Source: a bacterium
Lineage (GTDB): Bacteria; Patescibacteriota; Minisyncoccia; Phycocordibacterales; Phycocordibacteraceae
DNA length: 64,000 bases
Reading direction: 5' to 3'
Assembly (NCBI GenBank): GCA_021849125.1
Contig: JAJZTG010000002.1
Coordinates: 76,573 to 140,572, forward strand
The position numbers and the translations under genes were made by a program. The notes beneath the pieces were generated by a model, which ran no database searches, was not told the DNA's origin, and saw nothing but the letters and a program-made list of their open reading frames with translations. Of the stretch, positions 39,432 through 52,168 are shown piece by piece. Position 1 is the first letter of the stretch. The number at the start of each line of letters is the position of its first letter.

Positions 39432-39842
39432 ATGGCAACCATCAACCAGCTTACGAAGAAAGGGCGCAAGACTCGCACGTCGAAGACGAAAGTGCCTGCG
39501 CTTGCCCGCGGCTTTAACGCGCTCAAGAACCGCCCGACTTCGTACGCTTCGCCTTTCAAGCGTGGTGTTTGCACGAAGGTGACCACGAAGACCCCTCGCA
39601 AGCCGAACTCGGCTATCCGTAAGATCGCTCGCGTACGCCTCACTAACGGCATGGAAGTGACCGCCTACATCCCAGGCGAGACTCATAACCTTCAGGAACA
39701 CTCGGTGGTGCTTCTGCGCGGCGGCCGTGTGAAGGACATCGGCGTACAGTACACGATCGTGCGCGGCAAGCTCGATGCTTCGGGCCTCGAGAAGCGCCGC
39801 ACCGCTCGCTCGCGCTACGGTTCCAAGAAGCCGAAGGCATAA
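39432..39842 (+). CDS. rpsL: 30S ribosomal protein S12
   Basis: [13 protein letters not shown]...PKKPNSALRK-like sequence, highly conserved. Confidence 0.95.
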   Translation: MATINQLTKKGRKTRTSKTKVPALARGFNALKNRPTSYASPFKRGVCTKVTTKTPRKPNSAIRKIARVRLTNGMEVTAYIPGETHNLQEHSVVLLRGGRVKDIGVQYTIVRGKLDASGLEKRRTARSRYGSKKPKA

Positions 39843-39863
39843 TTATTTCCGTAATATTCACTC

Positions 39864-40328
39864 ATGCGTCGACCTCTTAAAAAGCAGCGAACCTGGCGTC
39901 CGGACCTCAAGTACGGATCGGAGACGCTTACGCGTTTCATCAATGCCGTCATGTGGAGCGGCAAGAAGGATATCGCACGCGGTATCGTCTACGATGCGCT
40001 CGCAAAGATCGAGACAGAAGGGAAGGATCCGCTTGAGACCTTCGAGGCAGCGCTCCGCAATGCCTCGCCCTTGATGGAAGTGCGTTCCCGCCGCGTCGGC
40101 GGTGCCAACTACCAGGTTCCGCGCGAAGTCCCGCAGAACCGCCGTCTCGCGCTCTCGTTCCGCTGGATTATCAACGCTGCCCGCAACAAGAAGGGTAAGC
40201 CGATGGCTGAGAAGCTCGCGACCGAGCTCTTGCTCGCCGCAAACAACGAAGGCGACGCAGTGAAGAAGAAGGAGGATGTCCACCGCATGGCCGACTCCAA
40301 CAAGGCCTTCGCCCACTTCGCGTGGTAA
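39864..40328 (+). CDS. rpsG: 30S ribosomal protein S7
   Basis: Conserved S7 sequence ([18 protein letters not shown]...). Confidence 0.95.
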   Translation: MRRPLKKQRTWRPDLKYGSETLTRFINAVMWSGKKDIARGIVYDALAKIETEGKDPLETFEAALRNASPLMEVRSRRVGGANYQVPREVPQNRRLALSFRWIINAARNKKGKPMAEKLATELLLAANNEGDAVKKKEDVHRMADSNKAFAHFAW

Positions 40329-40350
40329 TCGCTACGAACTGAAAGCAAAA

Positions 40351-40378
40351 AAGCCCCGCATTGCGGGGCTTTTGTTTA
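40351..40378. terminator. bidirectional terminator after rpsG
   Basis: AAAAAA-GCCCCGC-ATT-GCGGGGC-TTTTGTTT. Confidence 0.7.
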
Positions 40379-40384
40379 GGCGAT

Positions 40385-40738
40385 TTAGTGAGGACGTCTC
40401 GACAATAGGTCTGCCAGCTGCATGAGCGGCTGGACGTAAGGTCCTTTCGCTCTGTCGGAAGGTGAAAAGTTCATATCGTCCTCGATAGGCAATGGTAGCC
40501 AACGGTTTGACCTCCGTTTCTCTAGAACGAAGGCGGTCCCAAAAAGATCATGTAAATACGAAAGCTCGGTTTCCGGCAATTTCTCCAAATCCTGCTTGCT
40601 CATCGAAATGAGCCGCTCCGCTTCAGCAGATGCTTCGCTCAAAAGATCTTCGGGTTTCTTGAATCTCTTTTGCATCCTTCGGATTGACTCGATTCCGACG
40701 AGCGTAAAAGCGTCACGAATCTTAGATTTAGGAGGCAT
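40385..40738 (-). CDS. hypothetical small protein (117 aa) in a low-GC islet between rpsG and fusA
   Basis: RBS GGAG sits about 8 nt upstream of the ATG at 40738. Local GC is clearly lower than in the neighbouring genes. No family assigned. Confidence 0.45.
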   Translation of the reverse strand: MPPKSKIRDAFTLVGIESIRRMQKRFKKPEDLLSEASAEAERLISMSKQDLEKLPETELSYLHDLFGTAFVLEKRRSNRWLPLPIEDDMNFSPSDRAKGPYVQPLMQLADLLSRRPH

Positions 40739-40794
40739 CGTTGTTCTCCAAGGTTGTTGGTCTGTAATATATGATACAACTAAAATAATAAAAT

Positions 40795-40828
40795 GCAAAA
40801 ATTGAGAACCCGCCGTATGGCGGGTTCG
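40795..40828 (-). terminator. rho-independent terminator for the small gene at 40830-41036
   Basis: Minus strand reads GAACCCGCC-ATAC-GGCGGGTTC followed by TCAATTTTTGCATTTT, immediately after the stop codon. Confidence 0.55.
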
Positions 40829-40829
40829 G

Positions 40830-41036
40830 TTAGAGGGTTTTGCAGTGGGCGCTTTCGGCGACAGAAAGCGCCTCACCATACTCGGTGTAGCCTTGGTCGA
40901 CCGCAGCGCGGAGGACCGAGACCGCCTGAGTGAGGGTCCCATGAGAAAGAGCGACAACCGGGTCGACTCCGTTAAGTAGGTTAGAAAAGTGGTCAGCCTG
41001 CACAATGAGGGGGTCCTCAAACGCTTCGGTATGCAT
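40830..41036 (-). CDS. hypothetical small protein (68 aa)
   Basis: RBS GGGAGA sits 6 nt upstream of the ATG at 41036, and a dedicated terminator follows. Sequence MHTEAFEDPLIVQADHFSNLLNGVDPVVALSH... has no recognised family. Confidence 0.4.
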   Translation of the reverse strand: MHTEAFEDPLIVQADHFSNLLNGVDPVVALSHGTLTQAVSVLRAAVDQGYTEYGEALSVAESAHCKTL

Positions 41037-41166
41037 GGTATGTCTCCCGGGTGGCAACTGTTCCTATCGCAGGATACCGGCTGCAGGCACTCTTTGCAAT
41101 TCTCGGAAGTTGGGCTATGCTTCGGATAACGCTTCGGCGGGCTTTTTATTTCTTTATCCTTCTCTC

Positions 41167-43323
<2,157 letters not shown>

Positions 43324-43342
43324 ACGACAAGCACATATAAGA

Positions 43343-43390
43343 AAGCACGCGGCCGCCCGAAAGGGCGGCCGCGTGCTTTTCTTTGTGTTT
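43343..43390. terminator. strong bidirectional terminator after fusA
   Basis: AAGCACGCGGCCGCCC-GAAA-GGGCGGCCGCGTGCTT followed by TTCTTTGTGTTT. Confidence 0.75.
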
Positions 43391-43673
43391 ACGCGCCAAT
43401 GAGCTGATACACCGCGCAGCGCATGATCTCGGGCACAGCATCGCCTTTTACCGCTTCGTTTATCTTGTCGAGCTCAGTGTGAGCGCTACGACTATCATAT
43501 GAGTATAGATACTCGCCCTCGATGTACGAGAGCTTCTTTCCCTCCATATCCTTCACGTATCCGTCGCTCACATAGCCGATCTTCTCGTAATTATGGTCGC
43601 GTACGTACTCTTCCTCCACATACCCTATGACCTGCCCGTCGCGTCGTACTTTTCCGCCTTCGATTTCAATCAT
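43389..43673 (-). CDS. hypothetical small Gly/Tyr-repeat protein
   Basis: Repeats GQVIGYVEEEYVRDHNYEKIGYVSDGYVKDMEGKKLSYIEGEYLY. There is no clear RBS, so coding status is uncertain. Confidence 0.35.
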   Translation of the reverse strand: MIEIEGGKVRRDGQVIGYVEEEYVRDHNYEKIGYVSDGYVKDMEGKKLSYIEGEYLYSYDSRSAHTELDKINEAVKGDAVPEIMRCAVYQLIGA

Positions 43674-43870
43674 GAGCACATGGTACCACGTACCCGATAT
43701 CCCGATTGTTGCATTCCCAAAAGGGTTCCCGTATAGTTACCTATAACGCATCTTGGCGTCGCTCTTTGGCTTGTCCTGCAATTCTGTTTCGACGGGCCGA
43801 GAGCTTATTCCGGCTCAGGCCGGGATAATTCGTGATTTATTCGAAATTATCATTAATTATCCGATTACAT

Positions 43871-45070
<1,200 letters not shown>

Positions 45071-45092
45071 GCCGGTTTACTCGAGGATTCCT

Positions 45093-45461
45093 ATGGAAAC
45101 GGAAACGAAATCTAAGGCAAAGCGAGGGGCAAAGAAGGATGTTGCCGCACAGGCTGAGCACAAGCTCCGCATCCGCGTCCGCGCCTACGAGCACAAGATC
45201 CTCGATCTCTCGGTGAAGCAGATCATGGATACCGCAGCCCGCTTCGATGCAGTCATCGTCGGCCCTGTGCCGCTTCCGACTGAGATCAAGCGCTGGACCG
45301 TGAACCGTTCGAGCTTCGTCCACAAGGACGCACGCGAGCAGTTCGAGATGCGCATCCATAAGCGTCTCATCGACATCCTGAATCCCTCATCGAAGGTGGT
45401 GGAGGCCCTCACGAACCTCAGCCTCCCTTCCGGCGTCACGATCGACGTCAAGATGGTCTAA
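45093..45461 (+). CDS. rpsJ: 30S ribosomal protein S10 with a basic N-terminal extension
   Basis: ...RIRVRAYEHKILDLSVKQIMDTAARFDAVIVGPVPLPTEIKRWTVNRSSFVHKDAREQFEMRIHKRLIDI. Confidence 0.9.
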   Translation: METETKSKAKRGAKKDVAAQAEHKLRIRVRAYEHKILDLSVKQIMDTAARFDAVIVGPVPLPTEIKRWTVNRSSFVHKDAREQFEMRIHKRLIDILNPSSKVVEALTNLSLPSGVTIDVKMV

Positions 45462-45480
45462 CTAGGTTCAATCGAGCCAA

Positions 45481-45520
45481 AAAACGAAAACCGCCCTCCG
45501 GGGCGGTTTTCGTTTTTCTT
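45481..45520 (+). terminator. hairpin plus T-run between rpsJ and rplC (terminator or attenuator)
   Basis: AAAACGAAAACCGCCC-TCCG-GGGCGGTTTTCGTTTT followed by TCTT. Confidence 0.6.
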
Positions 45521-45636
45521 GCATATTTTCACGAGCTCGTGTAGAGTGCTTCTAAACGCTACGTACCCCTCTTGAGGGAGACCAATGGCAAAACGCGCGC
45601 TAGAGCCGTTTGCCTACGCGCGTTTTGCTTTACCTC

Positions 45637-46251
45637 ATGAAATTCATCCTCGCCACCAAAGAGAACATGACCCGCATCTTCACGGATGACGGGCGTGCCT
45701 ACGCAGGTACGATTCTTTCGGTCGCGCCTATGACCGTCACCCAGGTGAAGACCGCGGAAGGGAAGGACGGCTACGCTGCCGTACAGGTTGGTGCTGGTGA
45801 GCGTCGCGAGAAGAACGTCTCGAAGGCGGTTCTCGGTCACACGGGAGGTAAGGCATACGCGGCTATCCGCGAATTCCGTGATGGTGATGCCGCTGAGGTC
45901 GGTTCGGCACTCGACGCCTCGGTCTTCGCGATCGGTGACACCGTACAGGTCTCAGGCCTTACCAAGGGTAAGGGCTTCGCAGGCGTCGTGAAGCGTCATG
46001 GGTTCCATGGCGGTCCGCGCAGCCACGGTCAGAAGCACACCGAGCGCGCTCCTGGTTCGATCGGCGGTTCCGGCGGTCGCGCCGGCGGTCGCGTCGTGAA
46101 GGGCAAGCGCATGGCTGGCCGCATGGGTACGGACCGTGTCACGGTCAAGAACCTCAAGGTCCTCGCGGTCGATGCGAAGGAAGGGAAGATCATCATCTCG
46201 GGTGCCGTCCCGGGTCATCGCGGTACGCTCCTCGAGGTCGTCTCTGCATAA
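45637..46251 (+). CDS. rplC: 50S ribosomal protein L3
   Basis: Conserved L3 sequence. Confidence 0.95.
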   Translation: MKFILATKENMTRIFTDDGRAYAGTILSVAPMTVTQVKTAEGKDGYAAVQVGAGERREKNVSKAVLGHTGGKAYAAIREFRDGDAAEVGSALDASVFAIGDTVQVSGLTKGKGFAGVVKRHGFHGGPRSHGQKHTERAPGSIGGSGGRAGGRVVKGKRMAGRMGTDRVTVKNLKVLAVDAKEGKIIISGAVPGHRGTLLEVVSA

Positions 46252-46261
46252 TTTGAATACT

Positions 46262-46972
46262 ATGGCTACCGAAAAGAACATCACCAAGAAGGCCGCACCA
46301 TCGCTTGAGATGCCTGTCTACTCGATGGACGGCGCAAAGGTCGGCACGACCACTCTTCCGGAGAACCTCTTCGGTGTGGCATGGCGTCCGGACCTCGTCC
46401 ACCAGGTGACGACCGCGATGCAGGCGAACCTTCGCCAGAACCGCGCTCACACCAAGGATCGCTCCGAGGTCTCTGGTAGCAACAAGAAGCCGTGGAAGCA
46501 GAAGGGTACCGGTCAGGCTCGTGTCGGTCAGAAGCGCTCTCCGATCTGGCGCCATGGCGGTATCACGTTCGGTCCGCGCAACGATCGCGACTACAGCGAG
46601 AAGATCAACCGCAAGATGCGCGTCGGCGCTCTCCTCTCGATCCTCTCGAAGAAGGCCAAGGATGGCGAGATCATCCTCGTCGACAAGTTCGCTTTCGCTG
46701 AGCCGAAGACGGCTACGGCAAAGACCGCGCTCAAGAAGCTCGCCGAGGGGGCAGCTGCAGAGGCGCTCGTCTCGAAGAAGAAGAATGCCGCGCTCCTCGC
46801 CCTTGCTGCGTACGACACGAACGCGATCAAGAGCTTTGCGAACTTCGGCAACGTCTCGACCGAAGAGATCCGTAACCTTAATCCGCTTGCCGTCATGACG
46901 GCGAAGTATCTCATCATCGAGAAGCCGGAGGAGGCATTCGAGTCTCTCCGTTCCCGCGCAGCGGCTAAATAA
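46262..46972 (+). CDS. rplD: 50S ribosomal protein L4
   Basis: Conserved L4 sequence. Confidence 0.95.
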   Translation: MATEKNITKKAAPSLEMPVYSMDGAKVGTTTLPENLFGVAWRPDLVHQVTTAMQANLRQNRAHTKDRSEVSGSNKKPWKQKGTGQARVGQKRSPIWRHGGITFGPRNDRDYSEKINRKMRVGALLSILSKKAKDGEIILVDKFAFAEPKTATAKTALKKLAEGAAAEALVSKKKNAALLALAAYDTNAIKSFANFGNVSTEEIRNLNPLAVMTAKYLIIEKPEEAFESLRSRAAAK

Positions 46973-46978
46973 ACGAGT

Positions 46979-47344
46979 ATGGCTATCTTTGGAGACAAAA
47001 AGAAGGAGAAGAAGGACAAGGTGGCGCAGAAGCGCTACGCCCATGCGACCGTGACGCCGCAGGGCGGTGCGCACGACATCATCCGCGCCCCGTGGTTCTC
47101 TGAGAAGGCGCTCCTTGGGACCGAGAAGGGCGTGTACGCTTTTGCGGTCGCGCCGCGCGCGACCAAGGCGCAGATAGCGGGTGCCATCAAGGAGATTTAC
47201 AATGTTTCGCCGAAGGCCGTCCGCCTCGTCAACCTCCCGGCAAAGGCGAAGTCGCTTCGCACGCGTCGCGGCATCGGCATGCGTTCCGCACGCGCGAAGG
47301 CCTATGTGTACCTCAACGAAGGGGACACCATCCAGTTTGCATAA
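46979..47344 (+). CDS. rplW: 50S ribosomal protein L23
   Basis: Conserved L23 sequence. Confidence 0.9.
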   Translation: MAIFGDKKKEKKDKVAQKRYAHATVTPQGGAHDIIRAPWFSEKALLGTEKGVYAFAVAPRATKAQIAGAIKEIYNVSPKAVRLVNLPAKAKSLRTRRGIGMRSARAKAYVYLNEGDTIQFA

Positions 47345-47355
47345 TCCAATCGCGT

Positions 47356-48204
47356 ATGAAAACTTATCGTCCCACAACCAAGAGCCGTCGCTCCATGACC
47401 AGCCTCCCGTTCAAGGAGCTTCTTTCGGGTGACGCGCCGCACAAGGCGCTTCTCGCCAAGAAGAAGCGTCAGGGCGGTCGTAACGGCGCTGGCCGCATCA
47501 CCATGCGCCATCAGGGCGGCGGACATAAGCGCCGTCTCCGCGACATCGATTTCTCGTACGATAAGAAGGGCATTCCGGCTAAGATCGAGACGATCGAATA
47601 CGATCCGTTCCGTTCAGCATTCATCGGCATCGCGCTCTATCGCGACGGCGAGCGCCGCTACGTCGTCCTTCCGAAGGGAGTCGCGGTCGGTGATACGTTC
47701 ATCGTCGCCGAGGACGCACCACTTACGGTCGGCAACCGCCTTCCGCTCGGCAAGATCCCGGTCGGTACGTCCGTCTACAACATCGAGATCGCTCCGGGTA
47801 CCGGCGCATCGCTCGTCCGTTCGGCAGGCAACTTCGCCGAAGTGGTCGCGCATGACGCAGGTTACGCGCAGGTCAAGCTTCCGTCGACCGAAGTGCGCAA
47901 GATCTCTGACCTCTCTTGGGCTTCGATCGGTGCGGTCGGCAACGAAGAGCACAACCTTGTCGTGATCGGCAAGGCAGGTCGCAGTCGCTGGATGGGTATC
48001 CGCCCGACCGTCCGCGGTTCGGTCATGAACCCGGTCGATCACCCGCATGGCGGCGGTGAAGGTCGCCAGGGTCGTGGTCTCCGCCGCGCAAAGAGCAAGT
48101 GGGGCAAGCCCACCGGCAAAGGTCAGAAGACCCGTACGCCGAAGAAGTACAGCAACGTCTTCATCGTCTCTCGCCGCAAGGTTGGCAAGCGCAAGAAGGG
48201 TTAA
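47356..48204 (+). CDS. rplB: 50S ribosomal protein L2
   Basis: ...VMNPVDHPHGGGEGR... Confidence 0.95.
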   Translation: MKTYRPTTKSRRSMTSLPFKELLSGDAPHKALLAKKKRQGGRNGAGRITMRHQGGGHKRRLRDIDFSYDKKGIPAKIETIEYDPFRSAFIGIALYRDGERRYVVLPKGVAVGDTFIVAEDAPLTVGNRLPLGKIPVGTSVYNIEIAPGTGASLVRSAGNFAEVVAHDAGYAQVKLPSTEVRKISDLSWASIGAVGNEEHNLVVIGKAGRSRWMGIRPTVRGSVMNPVDHPHGGGEGRQGRGLRRAKSKWGKPTGKGQKTRTPKKYSNVFIVSRRKVGKRKKG

Positions 48205-48214
48205 TTCCCATATA

Positions 48215-48250
48215 AAACGAACCGCCGCGATATCGCGGCGGTTCGTTTTA
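48215..48250. terminator. bidirectional terminator after rplB
   Basis: AAAACGAACCGCCGCGATATCGCGGCGGTTCGTTTTA. Confidence 0.7.
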
Positions 48251-48253
48251 TAT

Positions 48254-48961
48254 TCAGTAGATCGGTTTCAGGATGCTTGAGAATGTCGAGAGGGGAAGGC
48301 GTAGGGTCTGCGGACCGTCGGCAAACGATGCGACCTGGTAGGTATCGAAAAGGAAGACGATATCAGCATTATCGATGAAGAAATTCTCGAAATTCTTAGT
48401 ATCAGGCGTCGTGCCCTTTTCTATAAAGACCGCATCTGCAGTGGGACCGATGACCTCAGGAAGCTTTGCGCGGCTTATGCGCGAAAGAGCTTCAAGATAG
48501 TCGCTCTCTCCTTTAAAAATGTCCGAAAGCGTAAGCTCTTTGCCTGTTGCGGTGTCGAACGTGAAAGTCTTGAAACGCGTATTCCCGTGTACTCCCTCAG
48601 TGTCCTCGTAGATCGTGTAGATGTAGGAAACGGTGTGAGGCGAAGAGGAGATGAGGTAGCGGATAAGCAGCGTTTCCTTGCGTTTTTGGGCAGTTGCAGG
48701 CGCTGCGGCCTTGAACGCCGCTATCGTATCGCCTAGGAAGCGATGCATGGAAACGATGGCGGCCTTATCGGCGGCGGTGCTAAGCGGCGTACTGTTCGCA
48801 TAGTTTGCGACGATGTCATAGACCGGCGTCTGTTCCGTGTAGAGATTGCCAGAAAGCTCCGGCGGGTGCAGACGAGCCGTAGAGGGTGCCCGCAGGGCCC
48901 AGGCCGCAAAAGCGGCGACCAAAACGAGGAGAACAGCGCTGCCGATGACTTTCTTATTCAT
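48254..48961 (-). CDS. secreted or membrane-anchored hypothetical protein inserted in the S10 cluster
   Basis: N-terminal signal/anchor MNKKVIGSAVLLVLVAAFAAWALRAP. 235 aa, no confident family. Confidence 0.55.
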   Translation of the reverse strand: MNKKVIGSAVLLVLVAAFAAWALRAPSTARLHPPELSGNLYTEQTPVYDIVANYANSTPLSTAADKAAIVSMHRFLGDTIAAFKAAAPATAQKRKETLLIRYLISSSPHTVSYIYTIYEDTEGVHGNTRFKTFTFDTATGKELTLSDIFKGESDYLEALSRISRAKLPEVIGPTADAVFIEKGTTPDTKNFENFFIDNADIVFLFDTYQVASFADGPQTLRLPLSTFSSILKPIY

Positions 48962-49072
48962 GCAAGCAGTGTAGCAAAAGCACGCAAAAGTTAAAAAATT
49001 TGCAGGAAGGCCCCGCTGCCATTACTCTGAATATCAGAGTCGCATGGTGCGACAAAATATTGAGGAGGTTGT

Positions 49073-49348
49073 ATGACTGAAGATTACCCCACTCCAGGAA
49101 TCAAAAGTATCCAAACGAATCTGGATGCGATCCTTGAGGCCTCGGCCGGCAAGTATAACCGACCGATCATCTGGACTATCGATCCAGAGTACAGAGGACC
49201 GATTTTCCTCGGTGTGCTTGTGTCAGCGTACGATTATTTTGAGCAGAAGGAGGATTCGCGAGGGGTGTCCAATAGTCACCACTGGGGCTTGGAGCTCCGT
49301 TTTCGTAGGTGCCAGGAGACGCTCAGAACGCTCATCTGTGCTCGCTAG
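49073..49348 (+). CDS. hypothetical small protein (91 aa)
   Basis: Strong RBS GAGGAGG sits 5 nt upstream of the ATG, and the gene has its own terminator. Confidence 0.5.
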   Translation: MTEDYPTPGIKSIQTNLDAILEASAGKYNRPIIWTIDPEYRGPIFLGVLVSAYDYFEQKEDSRGVSNSHHWGLELRFRRCQETLRTLICAR

Positions 49349-49381
49349 ACCGCCCCGCAAGGGGCGGTCAGTTTCTTTTCG
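49348..49381 (+). terminator. rho-independent terminator
   Basis: GACCGCCCC-GCAA-GGGGCGGTC followed by AGTTTCTTTTC. Confidence 0.65.
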
Positions 49382-49469
49382 GACCAGGTTTGCCGTAAAA
49401 GTTGACTCTTTGTGCAGCTTCCTGTATCTTTCCTTGTATCCCGCTGTGCGGGCTTTTCCTTACTGTTGT

Positions 49470-49814
49470 ATGTCTCGCTCACTCAAGAAAGGGCCTTATG
49501 TGGACGCAAAACTCCTCAAAAAGCTCATCGATAAGAAACCGGCTACTGCCGGGGTTATTAAGACGTGGGCCCGCGCAAGCCAGATAAGCCCCGAGATGGT
49601 CGGCTTCACCTTCGGGGTACACAATGGTAAGCAGCACATCGAGGTCCTGGTCTCTGAGGAGATGGTGGGCCACCGCTTGGGCGAATTCTCGCCGACGAAG
49701 AAGTTCGTCCGTCACGGCGGTAAGATGCAGAAAGAGCTCGAACAGAAGCGCCAGCAGGCCGAAATCGCCGCCGCAAAGGCAGCAAAGGCTGCTCCGGCGC
49801 CTAAGAAGAAATAA
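49470..49814 (+). CDS. rpsS: 30S ribosomal protein S19 with a Lys/Ala-rich C-terminal extension
   Basis: [12 protein letters not shown]...HNGKQHIEV... Confidence 0.9.
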   Translation: MSRSLKKGPYVDAKLLKKLIDKKPATAGVIKTWARASQISPEMVGFTFGVHNGKQHIEVLVSEEMVGHRLGEFSPTKKFVRHGGKMQKELEQKRQQAEIAAAKAAKAAPAPKKK

Positions 49815-49816
49815 TC

Positions 49817-50137
49817 ATGGCCAACGCGACACTCCAGAGCTATAACCAGTCTCCGCGCAAAGTCCGCCTGGTGACGGATCTCGTGAAGGGCAAGAAAGTC
49901 CCGGCCGCGCTTACCGCGCTTGAGTTCTTGCCGCGCCGCGCCGCAGAACCGGTCGCAAAGCTCATCAAGAGCGCAGCGGCTTCCGCTAAGGCAGAAGGGA
50001 AGAACCCCGAGGAGCTTAAGGTTGCTTCGATTACCGTCGAGAGCGCTGGCATGATGAAGCGGTACATGCCTCGCGCTTTCGGTCGCGCTGCACCGATCCG
50101 CCGCCGCAAGAGCCGTGTGAAAGTCACGCTCGCCTAA
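49817..50137 (+). CDS. rplV: 50S ribosomal protein L22
   Basis: Conserved L22 sequence. Confidence 0.95.
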   Translation: MANATLQSYNQSPRKVRLVTDLVKGKKVPAALTALEFLPRRAAEPVAKLIKSAAASAKAEGKNPEELKVASITVESAGMMKRYMPRAFGRAAPIRRRKSRVKVTLA

Positions 50138-50145
50138 CATTTACT

Positions 50146-50847
50146 ATGACGCACACCTCACATCCGTATGCTCATCGTCTCGGCATCATCCGCGACTGGA
50201 AGAGTCGTTGGTTTGCTGCTGACTCGAAGAGCTATCGCGAGAACATCAAGGTCGACGAGACCATCCGCCGCTTCCTCACGAAGCGCTTGCGCGGTACGTA
50301 CACCTCGAACATCGAGATCGAGCGTTCGGCAAACGAGCTCCGCGTCGTGCTTCACACGGCACGTCCGGGTCTCGTGATCGGCCGCTCCGGCGAGAACGCA
50401 GAGAAGCTTCGCAAGGAGCTCGCTACGGTGGTGCGTACAGTCGCTCCGGCAGACCGCCGCACGTTGAAGCTCGATATCATCGAGATCCGTCAGCCTGAGA
50501 CCGATGCAGCAGTCGTCGCCTACATGGTGGCCGAAGGCCTCGAAAAGCGCATGCCGTTCCGCCGCATCCTCAAACAGACGGTCGAGAAAGTCATGGCAGC
50601 TCGCGAGGTCCAGGGTGTCCGTATCGCGGTTTCGGGTCGCTTGGGCGGCGCTGAGATGAGCCGTAAGGAGGAGCTCAAGAAGGGCCGCATCCCGCTTCAG
50701 ACCTTCCGTGCGGATATCGATTTTGCACACGAGAAAGCGTATCTCCCGTACGGCGTGATCGGCATCAAGGTTTGGATCTATCGCGGCGATATCTACGAAG
50801 ATAAGCGTGCCCAGGTCCACTTCGGTGAGACGCCGGCACGCGGTTAA
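50146..50847 (+). CDS. rpsC: 30S ribosomal protein S3
   Basis: Conserved S3 sequence. Confidence 0.95.
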   Translation: MTHTSHPYAHRLGIIRDWKSRWFAADSKSYRENIKVDETIRRFLTKRLRGTYTSNIEIERSANELRVVLHTARPGLVIGRSGENAEKLRKELATVVRTVAPADRRTLKLDIIEIRQPETDAAVVAYMVAEGLEKRMPFRRILKQTVEKVMAAREVQGVRIAVSGRLGGAEMSRKEELKKGRIPLQTFRADIDFAHEKAYLPYGVIGIKVWIYRGDIYEDKRAQVHFGETPARG

Positions 50848-50858
50848 TCTATAGGCAT

Positions 50859-51281
50859 ATGTTGTTTCCTAAGAAAGTAAAACATCGAAAGTGGCAGACG
50901 CAGCGCATGAGCGAGAAGCGTCTCGCGCGTCCTGATACGCGCGGCGTTGACGTCGTATTCGGCTCCTTCGGTTTGAAGGCTATTACCGCTTCGCGCATGA
51001 CGAGCAATCAGATCGAGGCGGCTCGTAAGGTGCTTACCCGCGCGACCGCGAAGACCGGCAAGCTTTGGATCCGCGTCTTCCCAGATCGCCCGGTTACCGG
51101 CAAGCCGGCTGAAGTCGGCATGGGTAGCGGTAAGGGCGATCCGAAGCACTACGTCTTCCAGGTGCGCCCGGGCCGCATCCTCTTCGAGATGGACGGCGTG
51201 CCGGAAGCTACCGCGCGTGAGTACCTGCGCAAGGCAGGCATGAAGCTCCCGATGAAGGTAGCGGTCGTCGAACGCAAATAA
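50859..51281 (+). CDS. rplP: 50S ribosomal protein L16
   Basis: Conserved L16 sequence. Confidence 0.95.
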   Translation: MLFPKKVKHRKWQTQRMSEKRLARPDTRGVDVVFGSFGLKAITASRMTSNQIEAARKVLTRATAKTGKLWIRVFPDRPVTGKPAEVGMGSGKGDPKHYVFQVRPGRILFEMDGVPEATAREYLRKAGMKLPMKVAVVERK

Positions 51282-51300
51282 TTGCTTTTTTCATACTAGT

Positions 51301-51495
51301 ATGGCAAAAAAAGAAGTAATGACGACGAAGACGGATCAGGAGCTCAAGAAGCTCCTTGCTGAAACGCGCGCCAAGTTGCGTGAAGTACGCTTTACGGCAG
51401 CAGGTGCTCGCGCAAAGGACAGCGACGCGCCGAAGAAGCTCCGTGCAACGATTGCCCGCATCCTTACCGAGCAGAACGCTCGCGTCACCGCATAA
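51301..51495 (+). CDS. rpmC: 50S ribosomal protein L29
   Basis: Conserved L29 sequence. Confidence 0.9.
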   Translation: MAKKEVMTTKTDQELKKLLAETRAKLREVRFTAAGARAKDSDAPKKLRATIARILTEQNARVTA

Positions 51496-51500
51496 ATTTT

Positions 51501-51776
51501 ATGGAAGAAAAAACCACACGCCCCCAGACTTTCGTAGGCACCGTCGTGAAGACGGCGATGCAGGACACGGCTACGGTCCAGGTCGACCGCTACGTGAAGA
51601 ACGCGAAGTATCAGAAGTATCTCGTCCGTTCGAAGAAATTCCTCGCGCACAATCCGGGCAATACCGCCAAGGTCGGCGATACGGTGACGATCGTCGCCAC
51701 GAGCCCGATCAGCAAGCGCAAGAGCTTCATCATCGATGCAGCGAAGACCGTCTCGGGCGGGAAAGAAGCCGAATAA
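51501..51776 (+). CDS. rpsQ: 30S ribosomal protein S17
   Basis: Conserved S17 sequence. Confidence 0.9.
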   Translation: MEEKTTRPQTFVGTVVKTAMQDTATVQVDRYVKNAKYQKYLVRSKKFLAHNPGNTAKVGDTVTIVATSPISKRKSFIIDAAKTVSGGKEAE

Positions 51777-51779
51777 CCT

Positions 51780-52157
51780 ATGTTGCAGCCTCAATCCATC
51801 GTCAAAGTAGCAGATAACTCCGGCGGCAAGATCGCACGCGTCTTCAAGGTGCTCGGTGGCAGCAAGCGTCGTTACGCTGAGATCGGCGACACGGTCGTCG
51901 TCTCGATCCAGACGGCGGAGCCGCGCAAGGCGGTAAAGAAGAAGGATATCTACAAGGCGATCGTCGTACGTCAAGCAAAGCCGTTCGGCCGTAAGGACGG
52001 TTCGTACGTGCGTTTCGACGAGAATGCGGTCGTGCTCATCGAGAAGCAGGGCAAGGAGATGGGGCCGAAAGGGAACCGTATCTTCGGTCCGGTGCCGCGC
52101 GAACTCTCAGAGATGGGCTGGCACTCGATCGTTTCGCTCGCTCCTGAAGTCGTCTAA
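51780..52157 (+). CDS. rplN: 50S ribosomal protein L14
   Basis: Conserved L14 sequence. Confidence 0.95.
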   Translation: MLQPQSIVKVADNSGGKIARVFKVLGGSKRRYAEIGDTVVVSIQTAEPRKAVKKKDIYKAIVVRQAKPFGRKDGSYVRFDENAVVLIEKQGKEMGPKGNRIFGPVPRELSEMGWHSIVSLAPEVV

Positions 52158-52168
52158 TTCATTCACGT

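Noticed and set aside
46193-47377. 394-aa minus-strand ORF
   Set aside because: Antisense to rplD/rplW; no support.
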